Of a stretch of DNA of 64,000 nt, positions 49,778 through 62,414 are shown piece after piece. Within the stretch, counting starts at the first letter, position 1. Every line of letters starts with the position of its first letter. The translations under genes and the position numbers were made by a program. This stretch comes from Macrostomum lignano (Eukaryota), in assembly GCA_002269645.1 (NCBI GenBank), contig NIVC01000385.1, positions 1 through 64,000 of the forward strand, in the 5' to 3' direction. The notes under the pieces are model-generated. The model did not search any database, was not told the DNA's origin, and saw only the letters and a list, made by a program, of their open reading frames with translations.

Positions 49778-51085
49778 TCAAGCCTTGACATCTAAGCATT
49801 CCCTCCAAGCCTTGACATCTTAGCAATTCCCCCCAAGAGTTGACATCTCAGCACTTCCCCCCAAGCCTTGAAATCGCAGCAATTATACCGAAGCCCTTAC
49901 ATCTCAGCAATTCCCCCCAAGCCTTGACATCGCAGCAATCACCCAAGCCTTGACATCTATAAGCATTCCCTCCAAGCCTTGACATCTTAGCAATTCCCCC
50001 CAAGAGTTGACATCTCAGCACTTCCCCCCAAGCCTTGAAATCGCAGCAATCCCCCCAAGCCTTGACATCTCAGCACTTCCCCCAAGCCTTGACATCTTAG
50101 CAATTCCCCCCAAGCCTTGACATCTTAGCAATTCCCCCAAGAGTTGACATCTTAGCAATTCCCCCCAAGCCTTGACATCTTAGCAATTCCCCCCAAGCCT
50201 TGACATCTTAGCAATTCCCCCCAAGAGCTGACATCTCAGCACTTCCCCCCAAGCCTTTACATCTTAGCAATCCCCCCAAGCCTTGACATCTTAGCAATTC
50301 CCCCAAGAGTTGACATCTTAGCAATTCCCCCAAGAGTTGACATCTTAGCAATTCCCCCCAAGCCTTGACATCTCAGCAATTCCCCCTAAGCCTTGAAATT
50401 GCAGCAATCCCCCCACCCCCAAGCCTTGACATCTTAGCAATTCCCCCCCAAGCCTTGACATCTTAGCAATTCCCCCCAAGCCTTGACATCTTAGCAATTC
50501 CCCCCAAGAGCTGACATCTCAGCACTTCCCCCCAAGCCTTTACATCTTAGCAATCCCCCCAAGCCTTGACATCTTAGCAATTCCCCCCAAGAGTTGACAT
50601 CTCAGCAATTCCCCCCAAGAGTTGACATCTCAGCACTTCCCCCCAAGCCTTGAAATCGCAGCAATCCTCCCAAGCCTTGACATCTCAGCACTTCCGCCAA
50701 GCCTTGACATCTTAGCAATTCCCCCAAGCCTTGACATCTTAGCAATTCCCCCAAGAGTTGACATCTTAGCAATTCCCCCCAAGCCTTGACATCTCAGCAA
50801 TTCCCCCTAAGCCTTGAAATTGCAGCAATCCCCCCACCCCCAAGCCTTGACATCTTAGCAATTCCCCCCAAGCCTTGACATCTTAGCAATTCCCCCCAAG
50901 CCTTGACATCTTAGCAATTCCCCCCAAGAGTTGACATCTCAGCACTTCCCCCCAAGCCTTTACATCTTAGCAATCCCCCCAAGCCTTGACATCTTAGCAA
51001 TTCCCCCAAGAGTTGACATCTCAGCAATTCCCATTAGCCTTGAAATATCAGTAATTCCCCCCAAGCCTTTCTAGAAATCTTAGCA
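49778..51085. repeat. ~26-28-bp minisatellite (AAGCCTTGACATCTTAGCAATTCCCCCC)n, roughly 45-50 copies, with higher-order structure
   Basis: Variable C-run; diagnostic variants recur at ~420-bp spacing (TTGAAATTGCAG at ~50393 and ~50814; CCTTTACATC at ~50537 and ~50957). Confidence 0.97.
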
Positions 51086-51681
51086 ATTCGACTATAGAAT
51101 TTCGTTTTTACATCTTGACATCTACACGTAAGCGAAGGGCAATACAATTGGCACAAGTTTTAAAACAACTTTCTAGTGCAGAAGCAACTTAAATTGGAAA
51201 CGTGTCTTGACCAGTTAAAGAGACAAAAAGAGGAATAGCAACAATTTTTAGTCATAACTATGAGTGAAGTTCTTAGCTACTTGAAATTCGTCCTCTAGAA
51301 AATGAAAAGAATTTATCTCTCTTCAGTGGCACGTCAGAACCCTTCTTGCCTTGTATAGCTACACCACTAATGCAGTCGTGCTTTTGGATAGAAATTGTGA
51401 ATTTTTGCGTACGCCAAAGACATAAGATGAATTTAAAACGCAAAGCGACCCCGAATTCGCTCAACTTCTACGGCGAGACTATACAGCACTTGCTCATAAA
51501 GCACAGTCACACGGCAAGCCATTTCATATTGTCTTGCCATCCTACCCATGCATTCTATCTCTTTGGTGGAGAAAAAATACAAAGCGCGCTCTGCCTTTTT
51601 TGACTTGCCAATTATTTCTTACTGAGGCATTAATTTTTAGAGCTTCTGCTGAATGCTCTACTGAAGAGGTGAAAAAACTGC

Positions 51682-54022
51682 ATGGAGCAACAGATTTATC
51701 AGCAGACGGTGGTGGCCGCGCCAGTGGTTGATCGCCAGTTCAACGAAGAGTGCCTTGAAGCACACAATGTCTATCGAGCGCTGCACGGTTGCCCCCCGCT
51801 GGTTTTCTCCGCCAAACTTGCTAGACAGGCTCAGAAATGGGCGGAGCAGCTGGCTATCGCTGGCTACCTGAAGCACAGTCCCAATGCCGCTGGAAACTTT
51901 GGTGAGAACGTGGCCTTGAAGATGGCACTCCGGAGTCGCGACTATCGCGGCAGTCAGGCTGCAGCCCAGTGGTACTCGGAGATCGAGATGTACGACTTCG
52001 ATGGCAAGGAGAATCAATCCAGATGCGGTAAGCAGTGAAATCGAGAAGATTGAAACATTAAAAAACAATAATATATATTTTTAATTTACTGAGAGTATTA
52101 CATAATTGCACATCTTGTTCTAAAATTATTTCTTGCTCAATAAATCGATACTCCGTTAGATATGGATGATCAAATTTTAGCGAGCAATAGCCCTGGTCTT
52201 TATTAATTTATCGATTCTCTTACTTCAGGGCACTTCTCGCAGGTCGTATGGAAGTCAACTCGCAAAGTTGGCTTTGGCAAAGCAGTGTCGGAAGAAGATG
52301 GGAAAATGTTCGCGGTGGGACACTACTTCCCACCTGGCAACATGCTGAACTGCTGGGTAGCTAATATCCCGCAGCCTCTATCCGGACAGATCAACATACC
52401 CAGCCACGAAGACATAAGTGAGACTTAAACTTGTTTTTGGCAATAGACAATTAACCTATTTTTGTTGAAACGTGCTGCAACATGACACGCAGCTTAATAT
52501 TAAACTTAAATTTTACGCTGCCAATTCATGACTCGATTTTTAGTGGGTGCTGACGTGTCCCAGTCCGCTACGAAGGAGTTCAGCTCCAATCAACCGCTGG
52601 TGGATGACTCGAACCCTGCAAGCCGTCTTCTACTCACAGCATCACAGGAGTTTGGCGATTTGACGCAATTTGAACCCAAGCCAAAGGATTCGCAGGATCG
52701 GCAGGTTGGCAGCTTCTGATCAGATTCTTTGAAATTTTTTGGAAATTAGTTTAACTAGGAACGCAATAGTTGAAGTAACGGTAGTGCACGGGTTGGACTT
52801 GTAGTTTTTTGCCATAAAGTGATACTGATAATTTCAATCGATTTCATACTATCCTTCTTTAGATCGGAAAATCCACAAAAACGCGAATACTAAACGGCGA
52901 AAAGTCTTTGATTATCACCGTGACCTTCATGCGTCCCGACGGTAGTCGCTACCAAGTTACTGATCAAATTGCAGTACAGGATTCCTCGGGGCTTATACCC
53001 ACTGGCAGCCGCCACCACCACCACCATGAGGCTTATGACGATGATAATGACGGCGAAGACACCAACTGCGCCGGATTCTCGCCCAGTAGATTTGCAGCCG
53101 AGATGCTCCAGGCGCACAACAAACTGCGAGAGCAGCACAAGGTGCCTGAGCTGCACCGTTCCGACTCACTAAATAGCCTGGCTCAGAAATGGGCTGAGCA
53201 GCTGCTGCTGGACGGAAATTCGCTTCGCCGATGCGAGTCAGCTGAGGCCCGCAGTCTAGGCCAGAGCGTGGCACGGCGTCCGGGCAGCTGGACAGCCCTG
53301 CGGCCAGCTCCGCCTGGATTGGGACCGGCTGCTCAGCTGGCGAGGCAGTGGTACAGCGAGATGAAGGGTTTCGACTTTTCCAGGCTTGGCGACGAGACAC
53401 GTTGCGAACTTAATGGAGGTGATTTTTCTTGCATTTTTCTTCTAAACGTATACCTGTACAATTAGATGGATGAAATCTGTCCTAAATCCTAGCTTTGTCA
53501 TCCATGCATGTTTTCAACGACAATTAGCAACCTAATTTGCTACAGAAAATTCTTTTTTTCACAACTGTATTTTATTTAATTTTAAGTAAAACAGGACAAA
53601 CCTGCAGACTCCAAAAACAAAAAACGGTAGGCGCGAAAAATTATAGCTATAATTACAGGCGTTTAATTTCTATATTTCTATTCAAGAGAATTCTAGTGGT
53701 TTCTGGGATTTATTTGCCATTTATTGCACTTTTACGTGTGGGTGGTGTTTTTGCTGCGTCTTCAGACTTTTTTACTCAACGGTACAACCAGGAAAAACTT
53801 GAAGACTTATTAATTTTGTATTTGTATTGATCTTGTAAAAAACGCAACAACATTTTCACTGCAGGTCACTTCACTCAAATGGTGTGGCGGGCAACCAAGA
53901 AGCTGGGCGTTGGCTGTGCAGTTGACGCCAACACCGGGAACGCATGCGCCGTGTGTTTCTATCACCCCTGCGGCAACATAGCCGGCCAATTTTCCGACAA
54001 TGTCCCTCCTCCATACGAATGA
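51682..54022 (+). CDS. Two-domain CAP/SCP (GAPR-1/GLIPR2-like, group-2 VAL-type) protein, 5 exons, 469 aa
   Basis: Exons 51682-52027, 52229-52417, 52544-52704, 52863-53418, 53865-54022 (1410 nt, in frame). Each domain has AHN..R..H, QWYSE, GHF.Q.VW, G.G, Y.P.GN; no signal peptide. Confidence 0.9.
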
Positions 54023-54854
54023 GGAATGATAATGGACTTGATAAAGGACTTTCAACTCCGGAATCTTGACATTACTCGTTACTTTTTTCAGGTTTCCAAG
54101 CTATCTCCAGAAGTACATGTACGCTCGTATGCTCACTAAATTTGAACTGAAAACAGTCAATAATTAATACCAACTTTTAACCTGATATAGAATGTACATC
54201 TATACATATGGATGGAAATTATCATTTGCCTATACATGTATAGCCTTATAATTACGAGCGTATATAATTTTTACTCACTGAACCTGCGCTAAAGTCTGCG
54301 CTGATATATTTCTACGCTGGCGCCGGCATTGGCCGATTGTGTGAAATTCCTTTCATGCCAAGCGCGTCACCTAAACCGAAACAAATTATTTTTAAAGCAT
54401 AAATAAACTTAAAAAATACTATTATATAGTTCCCTCTATAATTCAATAGTATAATCTAGGCCATAAATCATCTGACTCAAGGTAATAAATGGAGATCGAT
54501 TTTGCGTGTAAAATAAATTAGCTTTTTTAATTGGTGCAAGTAGAGAGCACGATCAGAACGATTGATCCACACCAATATGGACACGCTCCGTAACCTGCGC
54601 GAAACACATTCACTACTGAGAGCAGTATGTAGCATATGTCACGCAATTCTGCCATGGCCTCTTTGACCCTTACTGGGAGTGCGAAAACAAGAAAGCTTAA
54701 TTAGCCACTTTCCTCCTTCATTTTGTTGAACTGCATGCTTTCTGCCTAAGCATATATAAGTCCTTTGTCTGCACTCATTCGGATTATGTAGTTAAAAAAA
54801 AGCTTACATCCTTATAGCTAATCGACAATGTTGAAGATTAAACTATAATTGCAG

Positions 54855-56335
54855 TTGGGTTTGGACAACCGCCATGACGGTATTTTGTCATTAAGGCATG
54901 CAGCTGGCTAATTCATCGGCTCCCACCCGCGGAGCATCATCTGACCCAAGTATATATATAGCGCTATATATATATAGCGACGCAGAGAGTAGCACGGACA
55001 AAAGAGAGATCTAGCTGGACTTTGCGCGGACGCGTTCGCAGAACAACCGAGAGGGGCAAGTCATGGCGGACTGGGGGTTGAGCCCGATGGCCTGCAAGTC
55101 ATTCAGAAACGTATCATTTAGCGTCACAGTTCGGCCTTGGCCACGGCGCAGGCGCTCAGTGGGCTGATGCAGGAGAGCCAGCGCCAGAGGATTTTGATCG
55201 CCGCGGCTGTGGCTTCTTATATTAGGCAGTGGCCAAGTAACATCTGACGACGTTTACGGATAGTGCAGCTGAGCACGGGAACACCAGCGCGAGTCATCAG
55301 GTCCCTAGTCGGCACAGTATCAGGGTAGTGCACGGCCAGGGCATAGCGGAGCAGCGACCTGTAGTGAGCATCCAGGGCTTGCTGCCGCGTCGCAGTCATT
55401 GGCACAGCCTCCATGCCATATAGGAGAATCGGCTCAACGACAGTGCGGAAAAGGCGCATCTTTAGATCGTCGCGAGCGGTTGAATTGAAGACGCTCCTGA
55501 GCATGCGTGCCGCACGCCAGGCCCGAGTCCTCCTGTCAGAGACAATGGTGTCGGGGCTAAGACAAGGGAGCCGAGGTAGCGGAAGTCCTCGCACACCTTG
55601 ACGACTTCTCCATTTGGAAGAGCTAGCGCAGGGGTAGTTGCAGTGCCCACGTGGAGCACCTCAGTCTTTGATGCGTTGATCACCAAGCCAACTCGGGTGC
55701 CCTCTTCGTAGAGTCTAGACAGAGCCTGTTGGGCAGCAGCCGGATCGTGACACAGAAGGGCAATGTCGTCAGAATAGGCGAGAGCGAGAGACGGCGGGAT
55801 GTCGGGAGCATAGCCATCATCTTCACGCAGGCATCGGCGAAGAACATAGTCTACCACAACAATGAAGAGTAGTGGAGCCAGCGTGTCGCCGATGATTATT
55901 AAAATTTATAATCCGATCACAGAGGTCTGTCAGTCTCATTCAGAAGAAGGAGAAGGTAGGCAGGATCGTCAACTTTCCGTTTCAACAAGAAGAGCGTGGA
56001 AACTGCTGCAAGGACTGATGGCCAACCGAGCTTCTTTCAACGAAAACTCAGAGGATCAGGACGCTGAACAAACACAGGAAACGGAACTTCATCCCCCAGA
56101 CATTATGCTCGCCTGCTTCCTGTGCAGTGACAAGGAGCTGCAGCAAATCCTGTGCCAGCGGCTATTTACTTGCAATATCGCTTTTCCCTTCGTCTACCCT
56201 GGAAGCGACGGTCGACTCCTCGCGTGCAGGAACCTCTGGAGCATGAGAGACATTTTGGTCGAGTACCGAGATGAGAGCGACAAGCACGTGGAAGTAATTA
56301 AATCTCGTGTCAGAAAGTCACTCTTTGGTCACTAA
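54855..56335 (+). pseudogene. VLIG/GVIN1-URGCP-like GTPase gene fragment split by an RTE insertion
   Basis: 55892-56335 encodes AWKLLQGLM...LHPPDIMLACFLCSDKELQQILCQRLFTCNIAFPFVYP...LWSMRDILVEY, resembling the URGCP/GVIN1 N-terminal region. An AG-preceded segment 54855-54901 (LGLDNRHDGILSLRHA) joins it in frame if 54902-55890 is removed. Confidence 0.65.
54902..55890 (-). mobile_element. 5'-truncated RTE-like non-LTR retrotransposon fragment
   Basis: GDTLAPLLFIVVVDYVLR...LAYSDDIALL...GLVINASKTEV...FRYLGS, frameshift, then LKMRLFRTVVEPILLYGME...; truncated inside the (Q)GD motif. The 3' limit (54902 vs ~54950) is uncertain; no TSD. Confidence 0.88.
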
Positions 56336-57499
56336 TCTGCTTTGCTAGAGTCGGAGAACTAGTGGTCCTTGGCGGGATGTCGGGAGCTTCGGCGTGAGAC
56401 CAGGCACATAGCTGCATGGTGACCACCACCAAGTACATGTGAATTTAGCTCTCGCGGCAGGGCTCACGCGCAGTCACGGGTTGTTCTGATCGAGTTTCGC
56501 AGCATGCATGTTGTATTACATGCATGTACTTGATGCGCCAAGCAGTCGGATCCTCCGGCTAAACGTCGGGTAATGATCGGTATGCAGACGTCTCCCAATT
56601 AAGCTTAACATCTGCCATGCCGGAATATTAAATACAGGTAAAGAGTCGACTCGGCAATTGCGCCAATACATATATGTAGATATCGATGAGCAAAAAAATG
56701 GGTGAGCAGGGCGCTTAATGACTGAGCTTATTCGGGAGAAAAGCTGCATGCCTTCTAACAGATTATAGGCAGTTCACCCTTGACATCTGACGAGTGCGCA
56801 ACAGCATCTGGAAAATATGAACTGATTCACGAACTTGGAACTATTCCTTTAACTTCTGCTAAATTTTCTGCAACGTCAACAGAGAATTTGTCTCAATTGC
56901 ATCGAGTAGTAGTTGGACCTGAGGCTCCAACAACTTGCCTAGACGATTGCCACCGTTTCGCAGGCGACGTACCAGCGCTATGCCGGAATGGTCAGTCTAT
57001 CAAATTAAAAGGTTGAATTCTGGGGCTGATGTTGCTCCTCCGCAACAGTACTAGTTGCAAAAGAAGCTATGGACCAAACTGATGCTTGTTGGACCAAATT
57101 AAAAGCCGATGTGCCAGCCTTGCTCCCTTACATTGGAAAACGTATCTTGGGTGAAATTCAATGCGCGTAAGCCCAAATGGGCCGCAAAAATAGCTATATT
57201 GATTCTGTCTGAGCCATAGAACCTAATTGTTTTCGTTAATAACGTAACAAAGTGTTTATAGTTTTTTAAAAAATGAAAACAGTTATCTCGACGGTCCGAG
57301 AGCTTAACGTCAATCTCGTCCACGTTTGTTAATCACATTTATATGTAGCTAATTAATTCTGTAAGCTAAGATAAAGATATTCAATATTTTAATCAAGTTT
57401 TGTCTATCGTCTATAGACAAAAGGGAAAAGGGAAAGGGACTAAGACAAGTAATTATTTTCAGAAGTTTTATATGCTTGAAACTACACTATATTAAATAT

Positions 57500-58185
57500 G
57501 GCAGTGCTTATTTAGCCGGCACCGGTCGAATAAGTTCGCTACTATTTAGCCGGCACCGGTCAAATAAGCCCGTCACTATTTAGCCGGCAGTCCTGCCCCA
57601 CTGCCGGTCAAATAAGCCCGTCACTATTTAGCCGGCAGTCCTGCCCCACTGCCGGTCAAATAAGCTCGTCACTATTTAGCCGGCAATAAACAAATTTAAT
57701 GCTACGATTCGTAGCAACTACGATATAAGGATATAAGGAACTACGATTCGTACGACAGAAACTAAAGTGTCTGTAGAAGTGTCTGAATAAGTGTCGGCGA
57801 ATGTTTAATACGTCCTAGTTGTGGGCCCTGGCCATACTGTACATGTATACTGTCTGTAGCACACGAGAGGGCAAGGATCGCTTGGATGAATGGGTTATAG
57901 CTTATTAATTTGACCGGCAGTGGGGCAGGACTGCCGGCTAAATAGTGACGGGCTTATTTGACCGGCAGCAGGACTGGGGCAGGACTGCCGGCTAAATAGT
58001 GACGGGCTTATTTGACCGGCAGTGGGGCAGGACTGCCGGCTAAATAGTGACGGGCTTATTTGACCGGCAGTTGGGCAGGCCTGCCAGATAAATAGTGACG
58101 CGCTTATTTGACCGGCAATGGGGCAGGACTGCCGGCTAAATAGTGACGCGCTTATTTGACCGGTGCCGGCTAAATAAGCACTGCC
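57500..58185. mobile_element. Mutator (MULE)-type foldback MITE with 48-bp modular arms (686 bp)
   Basis: TIRs GGCAGTGCTTATTTAGCCGGCACCGG; perfect 9-bp TSD ATTAAATAT (57491-99, 58186-94); 48-bp unit repeated in opposite orientation in the two arms. Confidence 0.93.
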
Positions 58186-58545
58186 ATTAAATATAGCATG
58201 CATGATGCTGCATAAAGGCCTAATCATTGATGTATAGATTTGATGCGATTCGAATTGGCCTATTTATAGGCCTAATTTAAGCCAGAGTTTTATTTTTGTA
58301 GGTATAGATTGATTAAGTTCAAGGCATACTTTTAAATTTAGTATTGCAATGGATATTCAAGCAAAACAGACTTACGTTTAGGCCTAGTCTAAAATAACTT
58401 GATAGGCTTATAGTAGTAAGGCCTATCTTCCACAAATAAAGTGCCAAATGATTTGATTTGTACTATAGCTACAGTACAGGGTAGGCCTTGGCCTAGGCCT
58501 AGCTGAAATAGGACATTTTATAAATTATATGGCCTAGGCCTATCA

Positions 58546-60236
58546 GCATTCTTTCGGTTTACAATCTTTTTTCAACCCACATTTCGGTTCACAATCCCCA
58601 TGTAATTTTTCATATAAATGATCATAGCTTGCTTGAAATAACAAAAATTGTTAAACTGAGCTTATTTGTTACATTAGAAAAAACTGAATGGAATAGGCCC
58701 TAGCCAACAAATGGTTTCTTTCATAGCATGGCAATGACAAGGATCCTATAATCCATTTCAGTTTAAACAATCATTTAAATGGAAGCAATACATGTAAATG
58801 ATTGTGAACCCAAGCTAGCGTGTGTGTAAGGGCATTAATGCATGAATTCAATTTCCAAAAATGAATCCAAAAAGACAATCCTATATATCTATCTACTTTG
58901 GTTTACAATAATTTAAATAGAAGAGATACATATAAATGATCGTGAACCAAAGCTAGCATATGTGTGTAATGGGGTTTTGGTGTTTTACAAGCTCTATCTG
59001 AAATCGATCACAATCTCAATTCATGGCTAGCTTTGGTTCATGATCATTTACATGTATTTCTTCTATTTAAATGATTATGTACCGAAGCTGAGGGGGTGTC
59101 AAAGACATGTAGTCATATATATTTATTTGTTTGACTGGGACTTGTTGGCAATTGAAATTTCATTTTGAGTTAACGTGCGTTCCTAAGTAACTTGATGCTT
59201 TATTATTCCCTACATGCTACCATCCCCCTTAGCTTTGGGTTACAATCATTTAGATGTAAGCTATATATATAAATGATAGCAGTTGTTATTTGTCCAGTGA
59301 CCGGACGAATAGTGATGTGGTTATTTGTCCGGTTATTGGATCTTGACCATGCTTTCCTATTCATCCGGTTAATATCAGACAAATAGACATTTTGTTATTT
59401 GTCCAGTTAAATTGATAATGCTAAAATATCTAGTTCATAAAAACCACAAGGGTAAATATATTCAAAGACTTCTTACTCATATCTTGATTTATTATATTGT
59501 TATACTAGTGTGTGTCTTATACACCAAATTATGCCGAATTGAATAATATACTGCTTTGCTTAACACTCTATATACAAGAAAATATTAATCAGTATACAAG
59601 AATAGGTCTTAAAAATCTAGAATATTCATCACGAAACAAATAAGATACTTGTGTTAGCAATTTAACCGGACAAATAGCAAAAAGGGTATTCGTCCAGTCA
59701 CCGGACAAATAACAACTGCCATAAATGATTGCAAACCAAAGCTAGCCATGTATTGAGATAGTGATTGATTTCAGATAAAGCTTGTAAAACACTAAAACCC
59801 TATTACACACATATGCTAGCTTCGGTTTACCATCATTTACATGTATCTCTTCTATTTAAATGATTGTAAACCAAAGTGGATATATAGGATCATCTTCTTG
59901 GATTCATTTTGAAAATTGAATTCATGCACTAACCCCCTTACACACATGCTAGCTTCAGTTTACGATCATTTATATGTATTGCTTTTGTTTGTAAACTGAA
60001 GTGAATAAATAGGATCATCTTTGGATTCTTGGATCTGTGAAATGGATCACTATAACCTCTTTACCTTCTTTTTTCATTTGAACATGCAGCTAACATGGAT
60101 AAGTAAAAAGGATTGGAGTGCTTGTCTACTATTATTTTTTGCATTTTGATGAAATAAATAAAACAATTTTGTATCTTCCCTATCTCTCCAATGGGGATCG
60201 TCACTAATTTCAATGATCATAAACCAAAGGAATGCC
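58546..60236. mobile_element. Old MULE-type foldback element (~1.7 kb) with long inverted arms
   Basis: Termini GCATTCTTTCGGTTTACAATC / GATCATAAACCAAAGGAATGCC; TSD GGCCTATC(A) (8 or 9 bp) at 58537-45 and 60237-45; ~265-bp inverted arms 58785-59050 / 59722-59982. Confidence 0.8.
59278..59720. mobile_element. MULE-type MITE nested in the foldback element (443 bp)
   Basis: TIRs (G/A)GCAGTTGTTATTTGTCC.GTGAC; perfect 9-bp TSD ATAAATGAT (59269-77, 59721-29). Confidence 0.88.
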
Positions 60237-62414
60237 GGCCTATCACAATTAGAAATATTACATTTTATTTTAAGCCTCTTTGACTTAAGCATAGGCTAGG
60301 CCTTGGCCTTGGGTCTACAAATGGTTAAAAGCTACATGGTTATGCATTACATACATCTATATTCTAGTCCAATTTATATTCATCTTAACCTAGCTAAGAT
60401 AAGAGAAAACTAAGATAAGATAAAAGGGTCAAGCCAGTCTAAAATATTATAAATATTTTGATTTTTAGCAAATTGAAATTAAACCTACAAAAAATAATGC
60501 AAAATTTACATTCTTAGCAATTATTTATACTAATTTTATTTATTGTTAGGCTAATTTTAAAAAAAAGCAGAAAGTTTATCACCAACTTTCTAGACTATAC
60601 AAAATATCCATTATTTTACATAAAAACATTAATTTACATTACAATTTTCATGCATAGCATGAATTTATTCACCAAAATTGGTATGCCAAAAAATTGGCAT
60701 CAATTTGTCTACCAAAATTTGTATGCTAACTTTGAAAGGGGTCATTTGTATACGGGAAATTTTTCGGCTTATATGTAACCCGGAGTCTGGCACTGTAGCT
60801 TTCAGCATCATTAGGTAACAATATTTTGAAGTTATACTAGTTATACTAGATTGAAAAAATCTATTTCATTTCCCTTTCTCTTAGACTTTAGTATCTTAAT
60901 CTCAATAGTTTAGTATCTCAACAGTTATATAAAATATTTCTTCTATTTAACTTGTCTTTATTAATAAAATTATTGGCTGTATTATCTAGAATTGTTTATT
61001 ATTAGTTTTTTGCTTGAATTTGATTCTTTTTATAATCCAAAAATATAAAACAAGTAGGGCCTAAACAAATTAATAGTTTAGCATATATTAGCTACAAAAT
61101 TGCCTTTATAGTTATAATCGCAACATTATAATATATCAATATTTAGGTAATAGTATGACTAGGTAATTTTATCTAGGATATATCTCTAACATTTAGGTTT
61201 GTGTGCTAATATATTAGAAATGCTTTACAATGTTTTGGCAAAGTACTGTAACATTTTTGCAAATTCAAAAAATGATATACTATATATAGAAGATTAAGAC
61301 TGCTCAACTACAATATTTTAATTACCTTTCCCTGGAACTGAGGACCCACAGCAGATGGAGTAAACAATGTAGAATACATTGTATTAAATTAATTGTTAAA
61401 CTATTAATTTGTTCACTTGTTTTATATTTTTAGATTCTATAGTATAAAAAAGAAAAGGATTATATTCAAGCAAAAAATTAATGAATAATTCTATAGGATA
61501 GCCAAATTACCTATGTTATATTCAATCTTTAATAATTCTTGAGATTAGAACTCATAAAGCTATAAAGGTTAAAAGTAAATCAAATGGTTCAAGACAAGTT
61601 GCCTTTTTTCCTTAAACTTTATGTGTATATATAGACTATAATAAAATTTTATTTATTTTAAAATAAATAAATTCATTTTTTTCTTAGAAAAGAAGTATTA
61701 CTTAACTATAAAAATTTATAGTGTTAGAATATCTTGTAATGTTAGAATAAGGGCTTTTCTTATATATATATTTTTTATATTTAATATGTCATATTTTAAA
61801 CATTATATAACTTGCACTTTGCTGTGTCATCATTATGCTAAAAGCAATTGTTACACTTAGGATCAAAAAGTATAAGCCAAAAAATTGGACATGCATTGGC
61901 CTTGCATACCAAAAGTTAGGTGTACACACCTAGTGTGCACTATGCACTATATAAAATCATGTGGAAAAGTTAGTGTTAAGTCGAAAAAAGATTGAAGAAA
62001 TTATTTTTACACAAATTTTTAGCTTTCTAGTTTTTAAGCTTATAAAAAGCCATTTAAACAATTGTTGCATATTGATTTTCCACTGTAAATAGTATAGGCA
62101 AAAAGATAAATAACCAAATTATAAGCAAAAAAGGATCTTTTATGCAATATAAAGGGGGTAATTTACTGTTGCAATGCAAAAAGTTATTTATTGTTATAAT
62201 ACCAGCTCAGATTTAGGATGTAAGCATGCACTCAATTTATTTGGCATGCAATTGTCCCTAATAAATTTTTGTTTAGGTGTAAACCCATCATGATTGAGAC
62301 TATAAAGAGCAACTGCGCTATCTATATTACATATGCTAAGCTAAGGTATTGGCCTTAAAAGGCTTCTATATGCCAGAATTTTTTAGACACAGACATTGGG
62401 TCTATAAGGATTTT

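Noticed and set aside
49778-51085. CRISPR array (repeat length ~27 bp)
   Set aside because: Units are contiguous without spacers; it is a minisatellite.
56371-56387. 17-bp match to the RTE interior (GGCGGGATGTCGGGAGC, also at ~55794)
   Set aside because: Too short to call; may be a sliver of a related RTE copy, but the flanks do not align and it is not a TSD.
56500-57330. Short ORFs as a continuation of the VLIG-like gene
   Set aside because: No GTPase or other recognisable motifs on either strand.
57895-58227. ORF with 16-aa repeats (CPTAGQISPSLFSRQS)
   Set aside because: In-frame read-through of the 48-bp MITE module.
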